A stretch of DNA of 64,000 nt from Nitrospirota bacterium (GCA_016180645.1 JACPAV010000016.1:1-64000); one strand, 5' to 3'; shown: positions 9,431-18,208, numbered from the stretch's first letter. Notes: generated by a model not told the origin, from the sequence alone. A program made the numbers and translations.

Positions 9431-10527
9431 CCGGCTTGGGCCGGTGCATGGGCCAGAGCAGCCCCCGACTCACCCCGCCAATAGGCATTGAGGATGCCCC
9501 CGGCCCGTTTCAAGTTCCACGGCGACAGGTGGGCGTACCGGAGCGTCATCTTGATGTCCTTGTGACCGAGCAGTTCCTTGATCGTGAGGATGTCCACCCC
9601 GTTGATCGCCAGCCAAGAGGCGTAGGTGTGGCGCAGATCGTGAAAGCGGAAGCCCTCAAGTCCGGCCCGTTTCAGGGCGGACGCCCATGACAACTTGAAG
9701 TTGTCTAATTCCTTTCCCTCCGGGTTGAAGAACACCAAGTCGGACTTGATGTGATGGGGCTTCTTGGAAAGACATTCCCGTGCTTCATCCGTCATGGGGA
9801 CAATGCGAACGGTGTTGTTCTTTGTCGCCACGATCTTGATGGCGCGATTGTCGAAGTCCACTTGTTCCCACCTCATCGAGAGAACTTCCCCCCGGCGCCC
9901 CCCCGTGTGAAGCGCCGTCAACACGATGGGGAACAGGTGGGGGGATGGACTCGCGGAACATTCCGCAAGCAACTTGCGGGCTTCCTCAAGCTTGAGATAC
10001 TGGAGCCGTCCGGGAGCGCCTTTCAAGGGTTTGATCTTGTGTGCCGTGTTCTGTTCCAACTCGCCCCATTCGACAGCCTTGGTGAACATGTGTTTCAGCA
10101 CCGCGAGTTCCCGGTTGACCGTATCCCGCTTGACCGATCCGCCCTTTCTCGATGAATCGTCCAGACGCCGCGTGATGTAGGCTTCAATGTCCTTCCGCGT
10201 AATGTCGGATAGCAATTTCTTCCCGAAGAACCCCCTGAAGTGGTTGTCGTCCAGGATGCCCTTGTCCCGCTCGTGGCTCTTGGCGGCCTTGTGGGGCCGG
10301 GACCACGTTTCAAGGTAGCGGTCGGCAAACTCGGAGAATGACACACCGGCGGACCTGGGGGTGAGGAACGCGAAGTCCCCCGCCGCGATCTTGGCCTTGA
10401 TCGCCGCTTCCGCCTTGCACGCCTCTTTGAACGACGTTCCAGCGGGAGAGCGGTAGCGCCGAAGGTTCTCGCCGCTCCCGTACCACACCTGCACCCAGTA
10501 CGTTTCACCGCGTTTGTAGACGCTCAT
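9427..10527 (-). CDS. int: Tyrosine recombinase / phage integrase
   Basis: MSVYKRGETYW arm domain, TVNRELAVLKHMF, catalytic R (TGGRRGE), K (TKNN), HDLRH, LLGH, RYAH; ATG overlaps the upstream stop. Confidence 0.95.
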   Translation of the reverse strand: MSVYKRGETYWVQVWYGSGENLRRYRSPAGTSFKEACKAEAAIKAKIAAGDFAFLTPRSAGVSFSEFADRYLETWSRPHKAAKSHERDKGILDDNHFRGFFGKKLLSDITRKDIEAYITRRLDDSSRKGGSVKRDTVNRELAVLKHMFTKAVEWGELEQNTAHKIKPLKGAPGRLQYLKLEEARKLLAECSASPSPHLFPIVLTALHTGGRRGEVLSMRWEQVDFDNRAIKIVATKNNTVRIVPMTDEARECLSKKPHHIKSDLVFFNPEGKELDNFKLSWASALKRAGLEGFRFHDLRHTYASWLAINGVDILTIKELLGHKDIKMTLRYAHLSPWNLKRAGGILNAYWRGESGAALAHAPAQAG

Positions 10528-10709
10528 ACCTTCCCCCTTTTCTTCTTCGGAATCGCTTGTCCGCACAGTGGACAGACCTTGACGAACGCCTGCACCGCCC
10601 GCCGGATCACTTCCGCCTGACTCACCCCCAGCCGCTTCGCCGTGGCCTTCACCTGGGCGAGTTCTTCACCACGGATCGGGAACGATGTCAATGTCATGTT
10701 CCTAAGCAT
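10524..10709 (-). CDS. Small ribbon-helix-helix (CopG-like) regulator with a CPxCG motif
   Basis: AKRLGVSQAEVIRRAV fits the RHH pattern; VCPLCGQ follows; own promoter; coupled to int by ATGA. Confidence 0.75.
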   Translation of the reverse strand: MLRNMTLTSFPIRGEELAQVKATAKRLGVSQAEVIRRAVQAFVKVCPLCGQAIPKKKRGKV

Positions 10710-10715
10710 GGTGCA

Positions 10716-10744
10716 ACTATATAACTAGTACGCTAACCTGTCAA
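10716..10744 (-). promoter_or_regulatory. sigma70 promoter for the RHH-int operon (leaderless)
   Basis: TTGACA-17 nt-TATAGT-6 nt-ATG(10709). Confidence 0.8.
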
Positions 10745-11202
10745 GCCCCCCCCTTGGGCTTCCACGCCATGAACGCCCTTCCCGACTCCTCCACGCGGGG
10801 GGCGTATCGCTCCAACCACGCGGAAAGCCATGCGACCCGACGACCCGGACGGCCAGGACGGGAAAGACGCCGATAAAGTTCCTCCGCGTAACGCTTGCTT
10901 CGACGGTGCCACCCGAAGTTGCTCCCGATCCCACCCACGGGCCGGTACGTCGTCCACTGGCTCATGTACGTGAACCCTGCGCATCGAAGGCACCGCCAAC
11001 CCTCTTCGGTCTCGTACAGCGTCCGGCGCCGCTTGGAACAGTCAAGACAGACGAACAGGCGCATGGGGCGACCCCACACGCGGGGAACGGTGGTGGTCGT
11101 GACGCCCTGGGGCTGAACCCGTCCCGCGATCACGTCGCGTACCCGCAGGGTGGGAACACCGGCGATTTCCACCATCCTCGCGTATCGTGAAGGGGTTGGC
11201 AT
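10741..11202 (-). CDS. Hypothetical Zn-finger protein of the integrated element
   Basis: FVCLDCSKRRRTLY...WRCLRCAGFTYMSQ, two CxxC pairs. Confidence 0.65.
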   Translation of the reverse strand: MPTPSRYARMVEIAGVPTLRVRDVIAGRVQPQGVTTTTVPRVWGRPMRLFVCLDCSKRRRTLYETEEGWRCLRCAGFTYMSQWTTYRPVGGIGSNFGWHRRSKRYAEELYRRLSRPGRPGRRVAWLSAWLERYAPRVEESGRAFMAWKPKGGA

Positions 11203-11219
11203 CCGAAATAGTTGGGGAA

Positions 11220-11720
11220 TTAGGCTCGCCCTTTCGCCTGTGTCTTGGGATCACGTGAACGGGCAAGGGCTAGAAGCGGGGATAGGAGCATCGTCCACAC
11301 GTCCACGGATCGCAACCGACCGCAATTGACCAGAAGGTGAAAATCCTTCGGTAGCACACCGCGCCTGCACAGGTCCGTCACGGCCTTCCACAAAGCCCGC
11401 TCCGACGCCTCCTTCGCTTTCTCAATCCGCATTTCAAATTGCTTCCGCTTCTGGCGCTCCTTGAGCTTGGCCGCCTGGATCTCTGGATCGTGACGGGGGC
11501 AGAAAGGATTGCTCTGGATGGGGACGTAGCGACATCCCTCGGCTTCACAGGTCCGGCTCGGATCGCGCTGGGGTTTCCCCTTGTGTGAAAGGCACCGGGT
11601 CCCACCCTGCCGGGCGAAGTAGTCGCACCGTCCGGCGTAGGGCCTCATGTAGTCGCACCGCCTCTCCGGGTCCGCCCATGGGGGGACGAAACTGGGTTTG
11701 TTCCACACGTCATCCGACAT
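11220..11720 (-). CDS. Hypothetical protein with two C-C-CxxH Zn-finger-like units and a coiled coil
   Basis: Strong SD GAGGAGGT; RCDY..RCDY..RCLSH and TCEAEGC..FCPRH. Confidence 0.7.
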   Translation of the reverse strand: MSDDVWNKPSFVPPWADPERRCDYMRPYAGRCDYFARQGGTRCLSHKGKPQRDPSRTCEAEGCRYVPIQSNPFCPRHDPEIQAAKLKERQKRKQFEMRIEKAKEASERALWKAVTDLCRRGVLPKDFHLLVNCGRLRSVDVWTMLLSPLLALARSRDPKTQAKGRA

Positions 11721-11827
11721 GGATCACCTCCTCACCCCGGAATCCCAAACGCCTGGCACTCCAACCGTCGGCCCTTCGCGCAGCTCATGGGTTGCCCGTT
11801 CTTTGGGGGCGTGGTACGAGTGCCGTC

Positions 11828-12022
11828 ATGGGTCGAAAGCGTTTGGGAAAGGTCGTTGAGGTTCTCACGCAGCTTGGACTTGCCGCAGTCATCGGCGGGT
11901 TTGCCGATGCCGTGGTTGATGGTACCCGGAAGACCGTTGACTTGTATGGAATCGGCACGGGGATCGTTCTCTTGGTGCTCGCCATTTGGTTGACGGGGTA
12001 CACCAACGGGGATAAACTGTAG
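11828..12022 (+). CDS. Small two-TM membrane protein (64 aa)
   Basis: MGRKRLGKVVEVLTQLGLAAVIGGFADAVVDGTRKTVDLYGIGTGIVLLVLAIWLTGYTNGDKL; fills a gap on the strand opposite to the element backbone. Confidence 0.6.
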   Translation: MGRKRLGKVVEVLTQLGLAAVIGGFADAVVDGTRKTVDLYGIGTGIVLLVLAIWLTGYTNGDKL

Positions 12023-12025
12023 CCC

Positions 12026-12133
12026 ATGGATGCAGGGACGTTTCTCTTCTTGGCCTTCACCACCGTTCTCCTGTTTGGCGTGGGCATTTCAATTTACGCC
12101 TACATGGGCATCCGCAAGAGCCGCCCGGCCTGA
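12026..12133 (+). CDS. Small single-TM protein (35 aa; below the ORF-track cutoff)
   Basis: MDAGTFLFLAFTTVLLFGVGISIYAYMGIRKSRPA; starts 3 nt after the previous stop; hydrophobic helix plus basic tail. Confidence 0.55.
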   Translation: MDAGTFLFLAFTTVLLFGVGISIYAYMGIRKSRPA

Positions 12134-12150
12134 CTAATTCTCGGTTACCG

Positions 12151-12576
12151 TCACTGCATCTCCGGCGATAGAAACATTTTCTTGAACTCCGCCAGCCGCT
12201 CCAATTGATCCCGCGTGGCGTCCTTGAAGAATTCCGCGTCGTCCGTCGCCAGGTAGAAGATCGGCGAACCACCGGGGCGAACCAATCCGCACCATAGCGC
12301 CGTCGCCCGATCCAAGGTCACCCACATATCCCCGACGATCCCCGACACCCACCGGACGGCCAGCGTCCGCCCAGCCTTGTCGTTGATCCGTTCCCGGATG
12401 ATGGACGCGGAAGGCTCAACTTCGCGGGGCACTTCCTGTGCCTTCTCACCCGCCCGCTCCCGAAGATACCGCCGGGCCTCTTCGATGGGGTCAACAGGGG
12501 ATGTGTCCCCGTACACCGTACACTCAAACGATGTACTTTCAAGGGCTTGACTGTACGGTGTACGGTGCATCGTCAT
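12151..12576 (-). CDS. Hypothetical protein of the integrated element
   Basis: ATG 12576 overlaps the stop of the DUF3987-like gene (ATGA); no recognisable motif. Confidence 0.6.
   Translation of the reverse strand: MTMHRTPYSQALESTSFECTVYGDTSPVDPIEEARRYLRERAGEKAQEVPREVEPSASIIRERINDKAGRTLAVRWVSGIVGDMWVTLDRATALWCGLVRPGGSPIFYLATDDAEFFKDATRDQLERLAEFKKMFLSPEMQ
12509..12565. repeat. 14-bp perfect inverted repeat made of heptamer iterons; candidate element origin
   Basis: ccgtacaccgtaca (12509-12522) / tgtacggtgtacgg (12552-12565), 29-bp spacer. Confidence 0.7.
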
Positions 12577-13904
12577 ACCAAAACCGCCCATACCTCACGG
12601 CTTCCATCCGGGGTTTCTTGCCTGACTCGTCCCCCTTCATTCAGGTTCCACCACGCTCGATTGAATTCACCGGCATCCCGACAGCCCCCATTGAGGGAAT
12701 TCTGGAGTTGGCGTTTTTTCACTCGCCCCCCGTAGCCCCGCAACCGCTCGATGATCTTCGTTTCGACGCGACCGACGGCAGACGCCGTGATGTTTCCGAA
12801 AATGTGCAAGGCCGCTCCCTCAAGGTACGACCCAAATAGAATCGCCCTTGACAAGGCATCCCTTGTCATCGTCCGCGACCGCTCCAAGCCGGACAGAATG
12901 ACGCCAATTTTGAGGGTATGCTCGTCCACACGGCCCGTGATTTCCGTCGTCCGGTCGTCCTGCTTCCGCCTCGCCGCATCGGTCTGCTTGTAGTAACGCT
13001 CGTACATGCCCTTGGCGTCGGCGTTCCAACCTATCGCTCCGGGGTTCTGCGCCCAGTAGGCGGCCACTTCTTTCAGCGAAGCTGCCAGGCGCGACCATCG
13101 GCCTTGATCGACGGGCGGGGGGAATGGAATTGCAGACTTCCCTTCGCCGTAGACGGTGCAGATGCGATTGACAAATCCTCCCGCGATATGCCCGCTGGTG
13201 ATCTCACCCTCCAGCCAACCGGAAGGCGAATTTCCGATCATCGACAAAAACGGCTCATGAATTTCAGTGGTGCGCTTGGTCTCCTTGCCCGGTTCACGTC
13301 GATTGATCGCGTCGTAGTCGGGGCAGTAATAGAGGCTCCCCAATTTCGGAATGAGGTCCCCCGTAGATTGCCGTTTACCGATGGAGAACAGGGCGCGAAA
13401 TTCATCAAACACGATGAGTGCCCGCGTCCTGGGTTGGACGGCCAGCACATCGTAAACGCTTTCTGTCGAAACGACTCCGGGAAGAGTCACTACTTCCGGG
13501 GCCACGTCGCGCAGAAGTCGGCGAGCCAGCCGGACCGCGGTCGTTTTTTTCGTTGTGGCCGTTTGTCCGATCAGGAGTCCGTAGAGGTTTGGATAAATCG
13601 GCTCTGGGGTCTGCACCCAAATATTGCGACCTAGCGTGAGACCGGCAACCGTGAGAAAATTCAGGACATGGTAGGAGTCCGGGGCCTGGGTGACAGGTCC
13701 GACTGCCTCAAGGTACTCGCCCAAAAGCCCCCCGTGCAGGATTTCAGACGGGAACTCACCCGCTCGCCTCGTTTTCTCGATTTTCTGCCGGATCTGCAAG
13801 GCTTCAGTAAGCAGTCCCCGCGCTTCGTCGCTGGTCGGGTCGAGCGTCGCGTGCGCGTCCCGGATCTCCGCAAATCGCTCCTCGGCTATTTCCGTCGGCG
13901 TCAC
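12573..13904 (-). CDS. DUF3987/YfjI-like P-loop replication protein
   Basis: YPNLYGLLIGQTATTKKTT (variant Walker A), STESV, LIVFDEF (Walker B), PFLSMIG, GGFVNRI; winged-helix-like C-terminus. Confidence 0.75.
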   Translation of the reverse strand: MTPTEIAEERFAEIRDAHATLDPTSDEARGLLTEALQIRQKIEKTRRAGEFPSEILHGGLLGEYLEAVGPVTQAPDSYHVLNFLTVAGLTLGRNIWVQTPEPIYPNLYGLLIGQTATTKKTTAVRLARRLLRDVAPEVVTLPGVVSTESVYDVLAVQPRTRALIVFDEFRALFSIGKRQSTGDLIPKLGSLYYCPDYDAINRREPGKETKRTTEIHEPFLSMIGNSPSGWLEGEITSGHIAGGFVNRICTVYGEGKSAIPFPPPVDQGRWSRLAASLKEVAAYWAQNPGAIGWNADAKGMYERYYKQTDAARRKQDDRTTEITGRVDEHTLKIGVILSGLERSRTMTRDALSRAILFGSYLEGAALHIFGNITASAVGRVETKIIERLRGYGGRVKKRQLQNSLNGGCRDAGEFNRAWWNLNEGGRVRQETPDGSREVWAVLV

Positions 13905-14101
13905 GTCCCGGCCCTACCCTCTCGTTCCGCGAGCCACGCGGCCACCGTCTGGCGGCGCCAGCGTCTAAGTTTGCCGATCCGGATGCCAGGCGGCAAATCC
14001 CCGCCACGGCAGAGCCGCGTAAAAACGGCCTGAGCACTCAGCTTGAGGAGGCGACCTAGATCCTTCACATCGAGCAGGATGTCGTTGTCTTGTACGTTCA
14101 T
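13901..14101 (-). CDS. AlpA/excisionase-like helix-turn-helix protein
   Basis: LLDVKDLGRLLKLSAQAVF...GDLPPGIRIGKLRRWRRQTVAAWL. Confidence 0.85.
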   Translation of the reverse strand: MNVQDNDILLDVKDLGRLLKLSAQAVFTRLCRGGDLPPGIRIGKLRRWRRQTVAAWLAEREGRAGT

Positions 14102-14200
14102 GCACTGATTTTCGCACGACGACGAAAACACCTGGGGGGGAAACCCCTTCAGAATTGAGAGAGTTTTCCCCCCACGGGGTCCGGCGACTACGGAGCGCTA

Positions 14201-14839
14201 CTACGCCGGAATCGGTCGTTTCCGGGGGAGGCCTGCGGCGGCCCGAGCGGCCGCATCGGGAGAAAGAGGCGGATTTCTCTTGAGTAGTTTCCTGTAATCG
14301 CGGATTAAGCCTTTTGTGGCTCCCTTCTTGAAAGGGAGATTCGGGAAGCAAGACCTTGCAAGGCTCTCGACATCCGCGTACCTCGGTTTTTTGGTGTGCA
14401 TCTCAAACGCCTCACAAACATACGAGAGTACAGCCCCGGTGATCTTGGCGGGTCGCCCGCCCTTGGGCCTCTCCCCGGCCACCCACCCAAGAGGCATAAC
14501 CTCCTCTTGCGCATACTGGATGGCCGCCTTTACCAGTCGGTCTCTGAATTCCGGCATGTACCTCGCTGGAACCCTCTTGAAGTGCCTGTCGTGGAGGATA
14601 CGATCCGCCTCCTTGCACATCCTCTGATAGTCGTTCAGATGCTTCGGCCCCTCTTTCCGTTCTTTGAGAGCGATTGGAATTTCCTTGTAGAGCAATGCGA
14701 ACCGACGCTTCAAGTCGCGGACGAGCGCCCTTGCGGTTCCACCCTTCACATCCATATCGCCTACCACAGTGCCGATCACCCGGTTCATCTCTTGCCTTGT
14801 TACGTGCCCGGTGGAGACGGTTGAACCGGCGTCGCTCAC
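14201..14839 (-). CDS. Hypothetical basic protein of the integrated element
   Basis: 212-aa ORF on the backbone strand; GGRPA motif; no family recognised. Confidence 0.6.
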   Translation of the reverse strand: MSDAGSTVSTGHVTRQEMNRVIGTVVGDMDVKGGTARALVRDLKRRFALLYKEIPIALKERKEGPKHLNDYQRMCKEADRILHDRHFKRVPARYMPEFRDRLVKAAIQYAQEEVMPLGWVAGERPKGGRPAKITGAVLSYVCEAFEMHTKKPRYADVESLARSCFPNLPFKKGATKGLIRDYRKLLKRNPPLSPDAAARAAAGLPRKRPIPA

Positions 14840-14997
14840 GGAATGCCCCGCCGTGGGCTTCTGCGTGGCCGTAGGCGCGTTCTCTTTCGTCCGGGTAGGT
14901 TCGGGTCCGGCCCCTCCCTGCCTTGGCCGAAATTCGGGGGAAGTTCTCGCGCGGGTGGGGAGGGACGGAAACCAGGGGGGCGTGTCGGTTTCTTCCG

Positions 14998-15019
14998 TGT
15001 GGCTACAGTGTGGCTACGA
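14998..15019 (+). repeat. Putative integrase arm-type sites, 2x TGTGGCTAC
   Basis: Identical 22-mer to 9382-9403. Confidence 0.75.
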
Positions 15020-15142
15020 TGGCCTTTCCTTGGCTTTCGCATGTTGTCACCATCTTACCGCGTGATCGACGTAACCTCAAGTGGCAACGGGGAAACCACG
15101 ATCAACGTGGACTTACAGGAAACGATGACAATATGTCATTAT

Positions 15143-15189
15143 CGCATTCGTAATGCGTAGGTTGGGGGTTCAAGTCCCTTCCCCGGCTC
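15143..15189 (+). repeat. att core, right copy (47 bp; displaced tRNA-Thr 3' half)
   Basis: Identical to 9286-9332; no tRNA 5' half upstream. Confidence 0.95.
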
Positions 15190-15211
15190 CGCCCGCGCTT
15201 TGCCGAGCGGC

Positions 15212-16600
15212 CTAGAACGGGCTCTGCATGTCCGACTTGTTTTCGAAGCGGTTGAACTCAGGGAAGAAGGTCAGTTCAATGGTTTTGGTCGGGCCGTTGC
15301 GATTCTTGCCGATGATGGCCTCCGCCGTGCGATCCTCCTGATCCGCCTTCCGGTTGTAGAAGGCATCTCGATAGAGGAACAGGATCAGGTCCGCGTCCTG
15401 CTCGATGGCACCGCTTTCCCGGAGGTCCGCCAGATGCGGCCGTTTGTCGTCGCGCGACTCCACCTGTCGGTTGAGCTGTGAAACCGCGATACACGGAACT
15501 TCAAGCTCCTTCGCAAGACCCTTCAGCGAACGGGAGATCTCCGCGATCTCGCGTTCCCGGTCGGTGGATCGATAGCGACCGCCATCCTGCCCGCCGCCGA
15601 GGAGCTGCAAATAGTCGATGATGATCAGCCCCAACCGGTTCTCGGTCTTGAGCCGGCGGGATCGCGACCGAATTTCCCGCACGGTCATCGCGCCCGAATC
15701 CTCGATCTCCATGGGACATTCGGAAACCGGACTGGCCACGCGCACCAGCTTCTCCCACGTGTCCGGCGGAAACACCGCGCGCCGAAGTTCCATCGAGTCC
15801 ACCCGCGCCTCCGAGGAAAACATCCTCATCACAAGAAGCTCAGCCGACATTTCCAGGGTGAAGATGATCACGGGAACCCGCTCGCGGATCGACGCGTGGG
15901 CGGCCACGTTGAGGCAGAAACTCGTTTTTCCCATGCCCGGTCGGCCGGCCACGATGATCAAGTCCCCTTTCTGGAAACCGTGCGTAATCTTGTCCAGGTC
16001 GTGGAATCCGGTCCGCACACCCATCACGCGGGTGGGATCCTCCGAGACATACTCCAGTTTCTTGATGTAGTCTTTCACCAGCGTCTTGATGGGTTTGGAG
16101 GAGGTCCGGAAATATCGTTGTGTCACCTCGAAGAGCCGGCGCTCCGCTTCGTCCGCAAATTTCTCCGCGTCCTCTACTCGACCGTTGGCGTTCTGGAGAA
16201 TCCCCTGCGTCACTTCGACGACTTTTCGCAGCATCGCCTTTTCGCGCACGATCCGGGCGTATTCCTCGACGTTGGCCGATGCCGGCACGAGGTCCTCCAG
16301 CTCGGCGATGTAGGACATGCCCCCGACTTCTTCCAGGATCCCCTTTCGTTTGAGCGCGTCGCTGAGCGTGAAATGGTCGATGTCCCGAAGCTTGTCGGAC
16401 ATCTCCAGCATCGTCTGGAAGATATGGAGGTGGGCCTGCGAGTAGAAATCGTCCGCGCGGAGAATCTCCTGAACTTTCAGGAGGTGATCGCGGTTGCGGA
16501 GAACGGATCCCAGGACAAGCGCCTCCGCCTCCCTGTCCTGCGGGATCGCCGGGGCATGCGGCGTAGAGACCCCATGGCGATTCGCCTCGCCGTCCCCCAT
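15212..16600 (-). CDS. dnaB: Replicative DNA helicase
   Basis: PQDREAEALVLG, AGRPGMGKT, IIIDYLQL, SQLNRQVESR, DLRESGAIEQDAD, KNRNGPT; start approximate. Confidence 0.97.
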   Translation of the reverse strand: MGDGEANRHGVSTPHAPAIPQDREAEALVLGSVLRNRDHLLKVQEILRADDFYSQAHLHIFQTMLEMSDKLRDIDHFTLSDALKRKGILEEVGGMSYIAELEDLVPASANVEEYARIVREKAMLRKVVEVTQGILQNANGRVEDAEKFADEAERRLFEVTQRYFRTSSKPIKTLVKDYIKKLEYVSEDPTRVMGVRTGFHDLDKITHGFQKGDLIIVAGRPGMGKTSFCLNVAAHASIRERVPVIIFTLEMSAELLVMRMFSSEARVDSMELRRAVFPPDTWEKLVRVASPVSECPMEIEDSGAMTVREIRSRSRRLKTENRLGLIIIDYLQLLGGGQDGGRYRSTDREREIAEISRSLKGLAKELEVPCIAVSQLNRQVESRDDKRPHLADLRESGAIEQDADLILFLYRDAFYNRKADQEDRTAEAIIGKNRNGPTKTIELTFFPEFNRFENKSDMQSPF

Positions 16601-16605
16601 GCTTA

Positions 16606-16696
16606 GGACGGCATGGGGCCATGAGATGTCGCCGCAGCCAGGATGGCGCGGCATGAGCATGGCCCCGAGCGGAGCGAGGGGGGGGTGATGCCGTCC
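16606..16696. repeat. Intergenic nested palindrome with an AGGAT-loop hairpin
   Basis: ggacggcat..ggggccatg ... catggcccc..atgccgtcc enclosing gccgc-a-gcc-AGGAT-ggc-gcggc. Confidence 0.55.
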
Positions 16697-16714
16697 ATGG
16701 AGTGCGAGCCGGGT

Positions 16715-17158
16715 CTACTCGGCGACGACCCAGAACTTCAGCTTTGCCGTGACGTCCGTATGGAGCCGGACATCCGCGGAATACGCCCCAACGCTCTTTG
16801 CGGGCTCCCCGAGAAGAATCGCCTTTCGATCAACGGTTATGCCCGTTTTCTGAAGGGCTTCCTCAAGATCTTTGGATGTGATCGAGCCGAACAGTTTGCC
16901 CTGATCGCCCACCTTCACCTTGAGTTGGATTTCGGCCTGCTCGATCTGCTTGGCCAATTCCTGGACATCGCGCAGCATGCGCTTGGCCTTGGCCTCGGCA
17001 GTCTTCCGAAGGTGCTCCACCTGGCGGACGCTTCGCGTCGTGGCCAACACGGCCAATCCGCGCGGCAGGAGGAAATTGCGCGCGAACCCCATTCGCACTT
17101 TTACGATTTCGCCCGCGCGACCGACCTTTTCAACGTCCTTCTGGAGAATGACTTCCAT
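16715..17158 (-). CDS. rplI: 50S ribosomal protein L9
   Basis: MEVILQKDVEKVGRAGEIVKVRMGFARNFLLPRG...KLFGSIT. Confidence 0.97.
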   Translation of the reverse strand: MEVILQKDVEKVGRAGEIVKVRMGFARNFLLPRGLAVLATTRSVRQVEHLRKTAEAKAKRMLRDVQELAKQIEQAEIQLKVKVGDQGKLFGSITSKDLEEALQKTGITVDRKAILLGEPAKSVGAYSADVRLHTDVTAKLKFWVVAE

Positions 17159-17167
17159 CTTGTACCC

Positions 17168-18208
17168 CTATTCAGTCCCGGGTTCTTCCGCCCGTTCCAA
17201 GCGCCGGAAATCGAACCATTGATCGAACAAGCCGACCAAAGCGACAGCCAGCGCCAAAACGTATTGGAACAGGATCAACAGGTATCCGAAGAATCGCAGA
17301 GCCCAGGGTATCTGCTTCTTCGCGAAATAGAATGTCACAACCGCCAGCCCTTGCGCAAAGAAAACCGCGCCTCCAAGGAGAATGCCGTTCCAGGCCGCGG
17401 TTTGAACGTCGTTTCGTTCCGAGAGAGTCAGCAGGCCGCAGGCGATGAAAATCCACACCAATGCCACGGGGGCTTTCCAGCCCGAAGGGGAGGCCGCGGC
17501 GAAATACGCCGCCTTGGGGAAGAGCAGCCGGCACGCGGCGAGATTCAACCAGACCGTCGCTGCCAAATTCATCACCAGGAGAGAGGGCCATACCCGTGCC
17601 GCGGTTCCCATCACCCAGTCGCGATGCGCCGCAAGCCACGGACTCCCCGACTGCGCGGCCTCGGGCAAGTTCAGGTCCGGCCGGAGATACGCCTCCAACC
17701 CTCGCATCAGATCGCCGGCGAGGGGGACCGCCCATTTCATGCCCACGATGCCTCGCAACGCAGCCCACGATAGGCCAAGCGCCAGCGCGGTGCCCAAGGC
17801 GGAGAGCGCCACCAACTTTGGCACTTCCATCTTCCGGGCGATTCCGAAGGCCGCCAAGAGGGCCACAAGTCCAAACAGACCGGCATAGGAGAGCGCCTCC
17901 GTCCATCCCCCCAGAATCGCCAGAACTCCGGAGACGGCGGCGACCACCACCGGAGCCAAGGACGACGGCGCGCCCTGGAGCATCATCACCACGATGGGGA
18001 AAGGAGAGAAGCAGGCCAGAGCCACACTCAGCGGGAAAGAGGTTCGAGGCAGGAGGTAGGCCGTGAGGAGCGTCAGCATCGCCGCCATGAACCCGGAGGC
18101 CAGATGAAACGGAAGGCCTCGGCGTGGAAGGGTTCGCGCCGATTCCATGGGACCGGGCGGATGCGCCTGCGGCGGCGCTCCGGCGGGATCGCTATCCGAA
18201 GAGGACAT
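17168..18208 (-). CDS. DUF2232 (YybS-like) membrane protein
   Basis: Multi-TM; QGLAVVTFY, LVGLFDQWFDFRR; conserved position between rpsR and rplI; start may be 18148. Confidence 0.85.
   Translation of the reverse strand: MSSSDSDPAGAPPQAHPPGPMESARTLPRRGLPFHLASGFMAAMLTLLTAYLLPRTSFPLSVALACFSPFPIVVMMLQGAPSSLAPVVVAAVSGVLAILGGWTEALSYAGLFGLVALLAAFGIARKMEVPKLVALSALGTALALGLSWAALRGIVGMKWAVPLAGDLMRGLEAYLRPDLNLPEAAQSGSPWLAAHRDWVMGTAARVWPSLLVMNLAATVWLNLAACRLLFPKAAYFAAASPSGWKAPVALVWIFIACGLLTLSERNDVQTAAWNGILLGGAVFFAQGLAVVTFYFAKKQIPWALRFFGYLLILFQYVLALAVALVGLFDQWFDFRRLERAEEPGTE

Larger units (their letters stand above)
9333..15189. mobile_element. ~5.9-kb tRNA-Thr-integrated element, phage-satellite-like (integrase, AlpA/Xis-like HTH, DUF3987-like replication protein; no recognisable capsid or transfer genes)
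   Basis: Bounded by a perfect 47-bp duplication of the tRNA 3' half; tyrosine integrase next to the tRNA. Confidence 0.9.

Noticed and set aside
15143-15189. Second tRNA-Thr gene
   Set aside because: Only the 3' half is present, with no D arm or 5' acceptor strand; it is the att duplication.
15212-16600. Inteins in dnaB or gyrA
   Set aside because: Both proteins have normal length and contiguous motifs.
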